This document shows, piece after piece, positions 1 through 7,615 of a DNA stretch of 14,557 nucleotides (positions are counted from its first letter, which is position 1; each line of letters opens with the position of its first letter). The position numbers were made by a program, and so were the translations under genes. Below the pieces are notes generated by a model that worked only from the letters and a program-made list of their open reading frames with translations, was not told the origin of the DNA and searched no databases. Location of the stretch: positions 1 to 14,557 of the forward strand of contig CAMAPH010000053.1 of NCBI GenBank assembly GCA_945859975.1, in the 5' to 3' direction. Source of the stretch: Chthonomonas calidirosea. GTDB lineage: Bacteria; Armatimonadota; Fimbriimonadia; Fimbriimonadales; Fimbriimonadaceae.

Positions 1-59
1 CGAGGAGACCAAGCAAAGGCCGGCCATGAGCGGGAGAGCAATCTGAGTTCGAGGTGTCA

Positions 60-842
60 TCACTTAAATCCGAGCAGTTCTACTTCGTAGATTACGAATG
101 CTCCGGCCGGAACGGTTGGCTCTCGGCCAAACTGCCCAAAGGCTGCCGCGGGTGGGATTTGAAGTTTGACTTTGCCGCCCTTCTTCATTCCGATTACGCC
201 AGCGTCGATGCCGGGGATGACCTCGCCCTCACCGACGGTGAAAACGTACTTGCCAGAATCGATCTGGTTGCCATCAAGCAACGATCCAATAAAGTCGACT
301 TCGATCTTGTCACCCTTCTTAACCGCCACGCCAGTGCCTTGCTTCAGTACCTTTCGGCTGACGGTTGCTTCTTCGCCCGCTCGCAGAACGCTTTCGAGCT
401 TGATCGTGAAGTACAAGTTGGCCTTGGGTGGAATCTTTCCGCTGCCGCCGTCACCGTAAGCCATTTTCCAAGGAATCGACAGCTTTCGTTCTCCGCCTTC
501 CTTCATTCCGATGATGCCGGTTTTCCAGCCTTCGATGACTTGACCGCCAGGACCGGCTTGGAACGAGAACAATTCCCGTCCTTCGACCATGTTCGAGTCA
601 AATTCGGTTCCGTCGACAAGCAAGCCGCGGTAACGGACAAAGCAGGTGTCGCCCGCTTTAACCGGTTCGCCCTTTCCAACCTTGACGTCCTTGATCACCA
701 GCTCATCGAGAATGTCGGAGGTTTCGGCCGTTTTGCCGACTTTGCCATTTTCAGGCTCCTTCGTTGTCACTGGTGCTGGTGCGGAGTTGTTGCAACCCGC
801 AAGGACAACGGCGGCCAGTAAGATGCCGTAAAGCGATTTCAT
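60..842 (-). CDS. FKBP-type peptidyl-prolyl cis-trans isomerase, lipoprotein with two tandem FKBP domains
   Basis: Signal peptide with lipobox LAGC (Cys17). Domain 1: YRGLLVDGTEFDS...VIEGWKTGIIGMKEGGERKLSIPWKMAYG...IPPKANLYF. Domain 2: GSLLDGNQIDS...VIPGIDAGVIGMKKGGKVKLQIPPAAAFG...VPAGAFVIYEVEL. Confidence 0.95.
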   Translation of the reverse strand: MKSLYGILLAAVVLAGCNNSAPAPVTTKEPENGKVGKTAETSDILDELVIKDVKVGKGEPVKAGDTCFVRYRGLLVDGTEFDSNMVEGRELFSFQAGPGGQVIEGWKTGIIGMKEGGERKLSIPWKMAYGDGGSGKIPPKANLYFTIKLESVLRAGEEATVSRKVLKQGTGVAVKKGDKIEVDFIGSLLDGNQIDSGKYVFTVGEGEVIPGIDAGVIGMKKGGKVKLQIPPAAAFGQFGREPTVPAGAFVIYEVELLGFK

Positions 843-851
843 ATATGTTCC

Positions 852-857
852 AATCTA
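852..857 (-). promoter_or_regulatory. Putative sigma70 -10 element (ggg-TAGATT) 9 nt before the FKBP ATG
   Basis: Minus strand reads gggTAGATTggaacatatATG with no clear Shine-Dalgarno; the same geometry recurs at other genes here. Confidence 0.5.
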
Positions 858-933
858 CCCGTGCAGAAGGGTTCTCACCCAACTCACGGACACGCAAAGG
901 CTAACGCCTCAGGAAGGAAAGTAGTGCCATCGG

Positions 934-939
934 TACACT
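934..939 (+). promoter_or_regulatory. Putative -10 element (gg-TACACT) for smpB
   Basis: TAnnnT hexamer preceded by GG, 27 nt before the smpB ATG, in a divergent intergenic region. Confidence 0.5.
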
Positions 940-966
940 GCTAAGTCCCCGCGGGTCGGGGAAGTT

Positions 967-1452
967 ATGGCAAAGGCAGGCAAAAAAGGCAAGGAAGGGG
1001 TAGCACCGAAGTCGATTCAGAACCGAAAGGCTCGGTACGACTACGCCATCCAGGACACATACGAAGCCGGGCTGATTCTCTCTGGAACGGAAGTGAAGAG
1101 CCTGTATCAAGGTAAGGGCAACCTCACCGACGCCTTTTGTCGCGTGATGAAAGAGGAACTTTGGATCCTCAACTTGGATATCGAGCCGTATGATAAAGCA
1201 TCCGTTTTCGGCCACGAGCGTCGGCGAGACCGGAAGCTTTTGATGCACCGGAAAGAGATCGCGACCCTTGAGCGCAAGCAGATGGAGAAGGGGTTGTCGA
1301 TCATTCCGCTGTCGGTCTACTTCAATGATCGCGGCAAAGCCAAGGTTCAAATTGCCCTCGCGCGAGGTAGGTCGAACTACGACAAACGGGATTCAATTGC
1401 GAAGGACGACACCCGTCGCGAGATTGATCGTATGCGTTCCGAGAAGCTCTAG
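967..1452 (+). CDS. smpB: SsrA-binding protein SmpB
   Basis: Motifs NRKARYDY, EAGLILSGTEVKS, RKLLMHRKEI, ARG..NYDKR and a basic C-terminal tail; 161 aa. Confidence 0.98.
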   Translation: MAKAGKKGKEGVAPKSIQNRKARYDYAIQDTYEAGLILSGTEVKSLYQGKGNLTDAFCRVMKEELWILNLDIEPYDKASVFGHERRRDRKLLMHRKEIATLERKQMEKGLSIIPLSVYFNDRGKAKVQIALARGRSNYDKRDSIAKDDTRREIDRMRSEKL

Positions 1453-2237
1453 TCCGGCCAGACGCCAGCGAAAGCGGTGTTGGCTGGTCCGGACATCATC
1501 ACGAACTCGTCCTCTTGGACTTCAATAACCAGATCGCCGCCGGGAAGGTGGACCTTAACTTTCGACTCGGTCTTACCGGTTACAAAGCCCGTTACGGCCA
1601 CGCTACAGGCTCCGGTTCCGCATGCTAGCGTGATCCCGGCTCCACGCTCCCAGGTTCGCTGTCTAACCGATCCTCGATCGATAACCTGGACAAAGTGCAC
1701 ATTAGTTCGCTCTGGAAATGCCGAATGATGCTCAAGCTCTGGGCCCCAAGACTCCAAGGGTACGGCTGTCACATCTGGAACGAAAATAACCAAATGGGGA
1801 TTGCCCATCGAAACGGGGAACCCGTATAGGCCGTGCGGCAACACGGGCAACGTGGTGTCCTTGGGCGGCAAAACGTAGCGACCCATGTTGACCTTGATCA
1901 GACCGTTCATGGTGCTTGCCGCCAAGACGCCAGCACCGGTCTCCACGTTGAATTCGGAAGCGGTTTCGTAACCCCGATCCAAAATGTATTGGGCGAAACA
2001 GCGCAGGCCGTTCCCGCACATTTCGCTTTCGCTACCGTCTGGGTTCAGCATTCGCATCCGCCAAGGAGCACGGTTGCTCCGCTCAACGAGAATCAGGCCA
2101 TCGGCCCCGACGCCTCGATGTCGGTCGCACATTCGTTGGCTGAGCCCCGCCAGATTGCCCGGCGGGAGCTGTTCCGATATTCCATCCAAAATCACGAAAT
2201 CGTTGCCGATTCCGTGCATTTTGGTGAAGTTAATCAT
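1449..2237 (-). CDS. dapF: Diaminopimelate epimerase
   Basis: [28 protein letters not shown] (catalytic Cys), [21 protein letters not shown] (second Cys), LPGG; ATGA overlap with the hfq stop. Confidence 0.98.
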   Translation of the reverse strand: MINFTKMHGIGNDFVILDGISEQLPPGNLAGLSQRMCDRHRGVGADGLILVERSNRAPWRMRMLNPDGSESEMCGNGLRCFAQYILDRGYETASEFNVETGAGVLAASTMNGLIKVNMGRYVLPPKDTTLPVLPHGLYGFPVSMGNPHLVIFVPDVTAVPLESWGPELEHHSAFPERTNVHFVQVIDRGSVRQRTWERGAGITLACGTGACSVAVTGFVTGKTESKVKVHLPGGDLVIEVQEDEFVMMSGPANTAFAGVWPD

Positions 2238-2494
2238 TCGTCGTCGCGTGCCTCTGGGCCATCGCTCGGCGATCGGTAACTTCCCACGGGACGCGCGGGA
2301 ACGATGCTGGCGACGGCGTGCTTGTAAACCAACTGAGTTGGCTTGCCCGGCTGGTCAAGTAATACGGTGAATGCGTCAAATCCGCGCACTTGACCCTTGA
2401 GCTGAACGCTGTTGGTCAAGTAGATCGTCACCGCGATCCCTTCTTTGCGCACTTGGTTCAGGAACATGTCCTGTAGGTTTATGGCTTTACCCAT
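2234..2494 (-). CDS. hfq: RNA chaperone Hfq
   Basis: LQDMFLN, IYLTN.VQLKG, FD.F and YKHA Sm-fold motifs; directly downstream of miaA. GGAGA Shine-Dalgarno 8 nt before ATG 2494, which is preferred over TTG 2497. Confidence 0.97.
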   Translation of the reverse strand: MGKAINLQDMFLNQVRKEGIAVTIYLTNSVQLKGQVRGFDAFTVLLDQPGKPTQLVYKHAVASIVPARPVGSYRSPSDGPEARDDE

Positions 2495-2509
2495 CAAAAT
2501 AATCTCCGA

Positions 2510-3403
2510 TTAGCAATACATCGCGGAAATTGCCTGTCTCGCCTCTGAGACCGCATCTTTTCCACCATCAAGGATCGTGAGATTCTTCTCCGTTCGTAGC
2601 CACGTTTTCTGCCGTTTGGCATAACGTACGGTTTCGACAATCGTTGTCTCCATCGCTACGTCCAGAGGAATCTCGCCTGCTCGGTACTTGCTCATCGTCC
2701 GGTATCCGATGGCTCGGAATCCAGGATCGTTTTGGCCGTATCCGGCAGACTCAAGTCTTTCGACTTCCTCAATCCAGCCATTTTGCACCATTAAGCTGGT
2801 GCGATGGGCAATGGCTTCCCTTAACACTTCAAGATCGCGATCTAACGCAATCTTCAATTGTAAAACGTATGGGTTGGGCGGAACAGTTCGCCGTTCCGCA
2901 AAAGTCCGCTCGATTGCGCGCTTGACGCGAATCGGATTTTTGAGGTCGATCGCCTCAAATGAACTTGGGTCCCGTTCCTTAAGTTCGACGAGCAATTCCT
3001 CTAGAGGAGTCTCGTTGAGGCGTGCTCGGAGTTCCGGCGAAGGCATTTCGGCGAGGTCGGTGTAGTTTTCAAAAAGGGCCCGGATATAGAGTCCCGTGCC
3101 ACCGACAACGATCGCGTCTTTGCCATCTGAGTGGGCCGTTGCGAGTACGCCAAGGGCCTCAAGGACAAACTCACCGACTCCGTAAGCCTGGTCCGGGTTT
3201 CGAATGTTCATCAGCGCATACCGGTCCGGTGTGCTTGATTTACCGGTGCCAATGTCCATTCCTCGATAGATTTGGAAGGCGTCGCCGTTTATGAGCACGG
3301 CACCCATTTCGTCGGCAAGAGACTCGACCAGCGAGGTCTTGCCAGACGCGGTGGTGCCCATTACGGCAATAAGTCGGGGATCCCCCGACCGTGGAGCGGT
3401 CAA
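2510..3403 (-). CDS. miaA: tRNA dimethylallyltransferase
   Basis: P-loop GTTASGKT, D..QIYRGMDIGTGK, VGGTGLY, AIGY, YAKRQKTW; TTG start 2 nt after the upstream stop (start less certain). Confidence 0.96.
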   Translation of the reverse strand: MTAPRSGDPRLIAVMGTTASGKTSLVESLADEMGAVLINGDAFQIYRGMDIGTGKSSTPDRYALMNIRNPDQAYGVGEFVLEALGVLATAHSDGKDAIVVGGTGLYIRALFENYTDLAEMPSPELRARLNETPLEELLVELKERDPSSFEAIDLKNPIRVKRAIERTFAERRTVPPNPYVLQLKIALDRDLEVLREAIAHRTSLMVQNGWIEEVERLESAGYGQNDPGFRAIGYRTMSKYRAGEIPLDVAMETTIVETVRYAKRQKTWLRTEKNLTILDGGKDAVSEARQAISAMYC

Positions 3404-3405
3404 GG

Positions 3406-3807
3406 TTACAGGACCTCGATGGGCTTCTTTTTCAGATCAACTTGGATTTCGTTCTTGAAGCTTCGATCTCCGATTTTCTTTTCCTTTCGGAAGAATCCGG
3501 TGACTTTAAGTTTGTCGCCGTCTTTGACCTTCACTTCGAGCTTGCCCTGGCCGTAGATGTGGACGCGCTCTTTGCCTTCGATGAGATCAAAAACAAAGTA
3601 CGCGTTGCCCTTTCGGCTGGTGCGCTGTTCAAACTTTTCGACTTTGCCGGTGGTTTGGACGTTCTTCTTGTCGAAGTCGGCTGCCTTCTTCGCTAGGTCC
3701 GAAACAGTGACGACGACAGGTTTTGCGGCGGGAGCCTTAGTGGTTTGCGCGTTCGCGCTGACGCTGAGCAGCAGTACTGCGAGGGTAATCGGGGCGAGAA
3801 GTCTCAT
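3406..3807 (-). CDS. Exported Lys-rich OB-fold-like protein of unknown function
   Basis: Sec signal peptide ending ANA|Q; beta-strand pattern V..TGKV...RTSRKGNAYFVFDL...VHIY...GDKLKVTG resembling OB-fold domains; tightly packed between apt and miaA. Confidence 0.75.
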   Translation of the reverse strand: MRLLAPITLAVLLLSVSANAQTTKAPAAKPVVVTVSDLAKKAADFDKKNVQTTGKVEKFEQRTSRKGNAYFVFDLIEGKERVHIYGQGKLEVKVKDGDKLKVTGFFRKEKKIGDRSFKNEIQVDLKKKPIEVL

Positions 3808-3812
3808 GATTT

Positions 3813-4334
3813 TCAGAAAGTGATCAGGCTGTGGACGTCGTAATTCGGAAGAGCTTCGCGTCCGTTTAGGAAGCCGAGCTCGATGAGAAAGCCGAATCCG
3901 ACCACGGTGCCGCCGAGTCGTTCGACCAGACGCGCGCTTGCCCGAGCCGTTCCGCCCGTGGCAAGGAGATCATCAAGGATGATCGCCTTCTGGCCAGGCT
4001 TGATGGCGTCCGTGTGCATTTCAACGGTGTTCGTTCCGTACTCAAGCGAGTACTCCTCGAAAATTTTCTCGTACGGCAACTTGCCAACTTTTCGTGCCAG
4101 CACGAAGGGCTTTTGAAGCGCCATGGCTACGGGAACGCCGAAGATGAATCCGCGACTTTCGACGCCCACGATGACGTCGGCGCCCTTGGACTCTGCATTT
4201 GCCGCCATCAGATAAACGACTTGCTGAAGGGCTTCTGGGGATTCCAGAACCGGAGTGATGTCCTTGAAGACTATGCCCGGCTTGGGAAAGTCTGGAACAT
4301 CGCGAATGAGTTTCTCGGCGAGCAATTCATGCAT
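3813..4334 (-). CDS. apt: Adenine phosphoribosyltransferase
   Basis: IRDVPDFPKPGIVFKDIT, ESRGF, RK.GKLP, YSLEYG and the PRPP-binding motif IILDDLLATGGT. Confidence 0.98.
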   Translation of the reverse strand: MHELLAEKLIRDVPDFPKPGIVFKDITPVLESPEALQQVVYLMAANAESKGADVIVGVESRGFIFGVPVAMALQKPFVLARKVGKLPYEKIFEEYSLEYGTNTVEMHTDAIKPGQKAIILDDLLATGGTARASARLVERLGGTVVGFGFLIELGFLNGREALPNYDVHSLITF

Positions 4335-4342
4335 GTGTGTTC

Positions 4343-4348
4343 AATGTA
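4343..4348 (-). promoter_or_regulatory. Putative -10 element (gg-TACATT) 8 nt before the apt ATG
   Basis: Minus strand reads ggTACATTgaacacacATG; no Shine-Dalgarno. Confidence 0.55.
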
Positions 4349-4359
4349 CCAAACGTGTC

Positions 4360-4683
4360 TTACGCCTCAACCTCTGGTCCTGGCTCCCAACCCTTCTCGG
4401 AGGCTCGCATGAGAACGTTCACCCGCATGTCCCGGTCGACGCGGACTTGGCACGAAAGTCGGAATGATCCGAGCACGCCGTCTTCGGTGAGGCTCACTTG
4501 TTCGGCTTCGCCAAACGGAGGCGCTTCGGTCGCGAATCCGACTCGACAGGTCGTGCATCGAGCGTGCCCGCCGCATCGGTGGCTTACGTCCACGCCGTTC
4601 TGTTCAAGGGCCAGAACGAGTTTCGTCCCTTCTTCAACTTCAAACGAACCAACGCCATCAACGGTCACGGTGTGCAATGCCAT
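4360..4683 (-). CDS. 2Fe-2S ferredoxin
   Basis: CGGHARCTTC (C-x5-C-x2-C) plus a distal RLSCQ; 107 aa. Confidence 0.93.
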   Translation of the reverse strand: MALHTVTVDGVGSFEVEEGTKLVLALEQNGVDVSHRCGGHARCTTCRVGFATEAPPFGEAEQVSLTEDGVLGSFRLSCQVRVDRDMRVNVLMRASEKGWEPGPEVEA

Positions 4684-4689
4684 GGCGCA

Positions 4690-4695
4690 ATTCTA
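4690..4695 (-). promoter_or_regulatory. Putative -10 element (gc-TAGAAT) 6 nt before the ferredoxin ATG
   Basis: Minus strand reads gcTAGAATtgcgccATG, typical leaderless geometry. Confidence 0.6.
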
Positions 4696-4769
4696 GCGGA
4701 CAGACGCGCCGAAGTGTTCGACTCCGCAGCGAGTTGGTCATCAATTTTTCTGAAGTCCGGTTGGACGGG

Positions 4770-4775
4770 TAAAAG
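4770..4775 (+). promoter_or_regulatory. Possible -10 element (ggg-TAAAAG) 7 nt before the peptidase ATG
   Basis: gggTAAAAGcgaacgaATG; the final T of the hexamer is missing but the GG-TA context and spacing match the other sites. Confidence 0.35.
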
Positions 4776-4782
4776 CGAACGA

Positions 4783-5904
4783 ATGATTAACGAGAATCGG
4801 CTGGTCAAACTTTTCCTGGACCTGTGCCAATTCAACGCTCCGTCACTTGCGGAGGCTGAAATTGTCGCTTGGACAAAGAAGCATCTGATCGAGCTCGGTC
4901 TGGAGGTTTGGGAGGACAATGCGGCGGAACAGTTGGGTGGAACGGCCAACAACCTGATCGCAAAGCTGCCAGCAAATGCGTCGGGCTTGCCTGGAATATT
5001 CTTTTCGGCCCACTTCGATACGGTCGAGCCGACCGATCGGCTGGTGATCTCCGAAATCGATGGGGTTTTTGTCAGTGACGGGACAACCATTCTCGGTGCT
5101 GACGATCGTGCCGGGATTGCACCGGCAATCGAAGCGGTTCGTTCCGTGATTGAGGATCAGGAGCCGCACGGCGACATCTATTTGCTGTTCAGCGTTGCGG
5201 AAGAAATCGGACTGCTAGGGGCATCGGTGATGGATTTCGATCAGATCGAAGTGGATTACGGGTTCGTTCTTGATACCGGTCCTCCGGTCGGGACATTTGT
5301 TAATCAAACGGCAACCCACGACAAACTCACGGTTCAGATTTTTGGAAAGCCAGCTCACGCCGGTAAGGAGCCGGAGAAAGGAATCAATGCGATTCAAGTC
5401 GCGGCAGCCGCAATTCAAGGAATGAGCCTTGGCCGAATCTCTGCCGTTACCACGGCAAACATTGGCTCGATCGAAGGGGGAACCGCAACGAACGTCGTTT
5501 GTGCGGAAGTGACCCTTCGAGCTGAAGCGAGGAGTCTCGACCTTGAAGAACTCGACCAGCAGATTGAGCACATGCGGTCCCGGTTTTCGGCCGCCGCCGC
5601 TGCCGCAGGGGCACAAGTCACGTTCGAACACCACCGTCATTACACTTCCTTCCTCCTCGAGGAATCTGAACCCGTCGTGCAGAAGGCTCAAGCCGCGAGC
5701 AGGGCGATGGGATTTGAGCCGGCTCTTCGACACACGTTGGGCGGCAGTGACGCGAACATCTTTAACGCTCGCGGGATTCCTGCCGTTGTCGTGGCGACTG
5801 GCATGGACAAGATCCACACCCATGAAGAGCGAATATCTCGGATTGATCTTGTGAACACGGCTAAACTTGCGGTCGAAATCATCCGACAATGCAGTTGTCG
5901 CTGA
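4783..5904 (+). CDS. M20 family metallopeptidase, peptidase T-like
   Basis: Metal-ligand motifs SAHFDTV, LGADDRAG, AEEIGLLG and IHTHEE, plus GKPAHAG and GGSDAN. Start set at ATG 4783 (MINENRL); the extension to 4498 overlaps the ferredoxin gene. Confidence 0.93.
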   Translation: MINENRLVKLFLDLCQFNAPSLAEAEIVAWTKKHLIELGLEVWEDNAAEQLGGTANNLIAKLPANASGLPGIFFSAHFDTVEPTDRLVISEIDGVFVSDGTTILGADDRAGIAPAIEAVRSVIEDQEPHGDIYLLFSVAEEIGLLGASVMDFDQIEVDYGFVLDTGPPVGTFVNQTATHDKLTVQIFGKPAHAGKEPEKGINAIQVAAAAIQGMSLGRISAVTTANIGSIEGGTATNVVCAEVTLRAEARSLDLEELDQQIEHMRSRFSAAAAAAGAQVTFEHHRHYTSFLLEESEPVVQKAQAASRAMGFEPALRHTLGGSDANIFNARGIPAVVVATGMDKIHTHEERISRIDLVNTAKLAVEIIRQCSCR

Positions 5905-5924
5905 ATTTAGCCGGGTGCTATAGT
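5895..5924 (+). promoter_or_regulatory. Putative sigma70 promoter for the outer-membrane protein gene
   Basis: TTGTCG (5895-5900), 18-nt spacer, and extended -10 TG-c-TATAGT (5916-5924). Confidence 0.55.
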
Positions 5925-5960
5925 TAAGTAAATCCGACTTTAATCACGGAAGATAAAGAC

Positions 5961-6482
5961 ATGACAAAGAACATCACCCTCGTAGCAATCGCGATTGCAG
6001 GCCTTTTCGCTGTTCAGACCGCATCGGCACAGACTTCACCAGTCAACGGCCTCAGCGCCCGAGTTGGAGCCTTCTTCCCAACCGGCGGCGCCGCCAAGGC
6101 TGAGTCGAAGACCTGGCTCGCAGTTGGTTTGCAGTACAAAGTTCGAGAGCTTTCGGTCGCTGCAAAGAGCCCAACTTACAAGGCACACCTCGCTGTCTCG
6201 GTTGACTTTTACAACCGAAACGACTACCGAGTTGTTCCAGTTCTCGTTAACTACGTTGGTCAGTTGAACGAGAAGTTGTTCTACACGGCTGGCGCTGGCC
6301 TTTCGTTCTCCCGAAAGCCATCGGGCGGCGGCACTTCGCAGAACACCAACTTCGCTTACACGCTCGGAGTTGGCTACAACCTGACTTCCGGCGCGACTCC
6401 AGTCTTCGTTGAAGGACGATTCTTCGGCAACGATGATTCGTCGCTGAACGGCTACGGCCTGTTCGTCGGCGTTCGCTTCTAA
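5961..6482 (+). CDS. Small outer-membrane beta-barrel protein (probably about 8 strands)
   Basis: Signal peptide ending ASA|Q; amphipathic strands FYTAGAGLSF, FAYTLGVGYNL, VFVEGRF; C-terminal LFVGVRF ending in Phe (BAM-type signal). Confidence 0.88.
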   Translation: MTKNITLVAIAIAGLFAVQTASAQTSPVNGLSARVGAFFPTGGAAKAESKTWLAVGLQYKVRELSVAAKSPTYKAHLAVSVDFYNRNDYRVVPVLVNYVGQLNEKLFYTAGAGLSFSRKPSGGGTSQNTNFAYTLGVGYNLTSGATPVFVEGRFFGNDDSSLNGYGLFVGVRF

Positions 6483-6496
6483 GCGAGCCATCGGAG

Positions 6497-6536
6497 GGCG
6501 CTCGAGGTCATAGGACCTCGGGCGCCTTTTTTGTTT
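6497..6536 (+). terminator. Rho-independent terminator after the OMP gene
   Basis: 13-bp stem ggcgctcgaggtc / gacctcgggcgcc (one G-U), loop atag, followed by ttttttgttt. Confidence 0.92.
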
Positions 6537-6540
6537 GTAC

Positions 6541-6565
6541 TGAACTTTTCATGCACTCATGCGTT
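6541..6565 (+). promoter_or_regulatory. Putative autoregulatory ECF-sigma promoter TGAAC-N15-GCGTT
   Basis: AAC (-35) and CGT (-10) cores with a T-tract after the -35, lying right after the terminator and 13 nt before ATG 6579; ECF genes are commonly autoregulated. Confidence 0.7.
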
Positions 6566-6578
6566 TCAGCACTACAAC

Positions 6579-7208
6579 ATGGAACTGTGCGTTCGGGCAA
6601 TGCCCGCAACCCCAAGGCGGCAAATGGAAGCCGGTGCTGAAGAAGCGCTAATCGATCGCTGTCGCAAACAGGACGTGGAAGCGTTCGGCAAGTTTGTTGA
6701 TGCCTACCAGGCCAGGGTTTTCGGCTTTGTAAAGCGCATGGTCAACAATGCCGACGAAGCGGCAGACGTGACGCAGGAAGTCTTTATTCGTGCCTATCAA
6801 AGCTTCGCTCGCTTTGACGGCCGCTCCAGCGTTCGCACGTGGCTGTTTCGAATTGCAAACAACTTATGCATCGATCGGTCGCGCCAACTGGGCCGCACGC
6901 CCAACTCCGTTGGTCTCGTATCGGACTTCGAGGATGGCGAGGAGATGGATTTTTCAGACTCTCGCTGGCAGCCCGAAGCTCTGATGCTCGATGCAGAACT
7001 GATTCAGGTCGTTGAATCAGGCATCGCGGAAATGTCCGAAAAGCTTAAAATGGTTCTGCTTCTTCACGACCGTGAGGAAATGTCCTACGAGGAAATTGCT
7101 GAAACCTTGTCGATACCCGTCGGCACCGTAAAAAGTCGTTTGTTTCTTGCCCGGGCTCATCTACAATCTGTCGTTAAGCGCTACATGACGGAAGGAGGCA
7201 ACGATTGA
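6579..7208 (+). CDS. ECF-family RNA polymerase sigma factor (RpoE/SigW-like)
   Basis: Region 2 ADVTQEVFIRAY...WLFRIANNLCID; region 4 MSYEEIAETLSIPVGTVKSRLFLAR. Start uncertain (6579, 6600 or 6624); TTG 6531 lies in the terminator U-tract. Confidence 0.95.
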   Translation: MELCVRAMPATPRRQMEAGAEEALIDRCRKQDVEAFGKFVDAYQARVFGFVKRMVNNADEAADVTQEVFIRAYQSFARFDGRSSVRTWLFRIANNLCIDRSRQLGRTPNSVGLVSDFEDGEEMDFSDSRWQPEALMLDAELIQVVESGIAEMSEKLKMVLLLHDREEMSYEEIAETLSIPVGTVKSRLFLARAHLQSVVKRYMTEGGND

Positions 7209-7615
7209 AAATCGAGAATCAGTTGGATGAAAAACTGGCCAGCGACTCTATGAAGTCGATTACCAAGCTGGTGAAGGACCTGCCGGAAGAAATTCCGAGC
7301 ATGAACTGGCGTAGTCAACTCAATGAGCGGATTTTGGCGGAAGCCAAGCCGAAGCCGAAGCTCGATCTCCAACGGTGGCTTCTCAGGCCAGCACTTGGCT
7401 TGGGGTTGGCGGCGGCTCTTGCGGTCGCGTTCGTCATTCGGCCAGTGGCATCTGATTCGACTGGAAGCACGGTGGAATCCTTGATGATTGCAACCCATCA
7501 GGATGATGTGAACTATGCGTCTGTCACGGGTGCTGGGTTAAGTGTTAGCGAAATGAAGGATTATTCGAGTCCGACTCCAGTCTCGGACCCATTGTTGGAT
7601 CTTGATGTTTTCTAG
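7205..7615 (+). CDS. Putative single-pass membrane anti-sigma factor
   Basis: TTGA overlap with the sigma stop and an AGGAGG Shine-Dalgarno; short N-terminal soluble part, one hydrophobic helix (ALGLGLAAALAVAFVI), short C-terminal part; assignment rests on position and topology. Confidence 0.75.
   Translation: MKIENQLDEKLASDSMKSITKLVKDLPEEIPSMNWRSQLNERILAEAKPKPKLDLQRWLLRPALGLGLAAALAVAFVIRPVASDSTGSTVESLMIATHQDDVNYASVTGAGLSVSEMKDYSSPTPVSDPLLDLDVF

Noticed and set aside
2..46. Short open frame ending in TGA (EETKQRPAMSGRAI), possibly the 3' end of a gene from outside the window
   Set aside because: Too short to support or identify.
54..821. 255-aa plus-strand ORF
   Set aside because: Antisense shadow of the well-supported FKBP gene; no recognisable motifs.
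4696..4727. GTTCGACTCC resembling a tRNA/tmRNA T-loop, of interest because smpB is nearby
   Set aside because: No T-stem pairing, acceptor stem or CCA; the region is too short for tmRNA.
4498..4782. 95-codon N-terminal extension of the peptidase ORF
   Set aside because: Overlaps the ferredoxin gene on the opposite strand; family similarity and a -10-like site point to ATG 4783.
5215..6491. Minus-strand ORFs of 224 aa (5215-5889) and 151 aa (6036-6491)
   Set aside because: Antisense shadows of the peptidase and OMP genes with no protein-like features.
6531..6578. TTG-initiated extension of the sigma factor
   Set aside because: Begins in the terminator U-tract and spans the predicted promoter.
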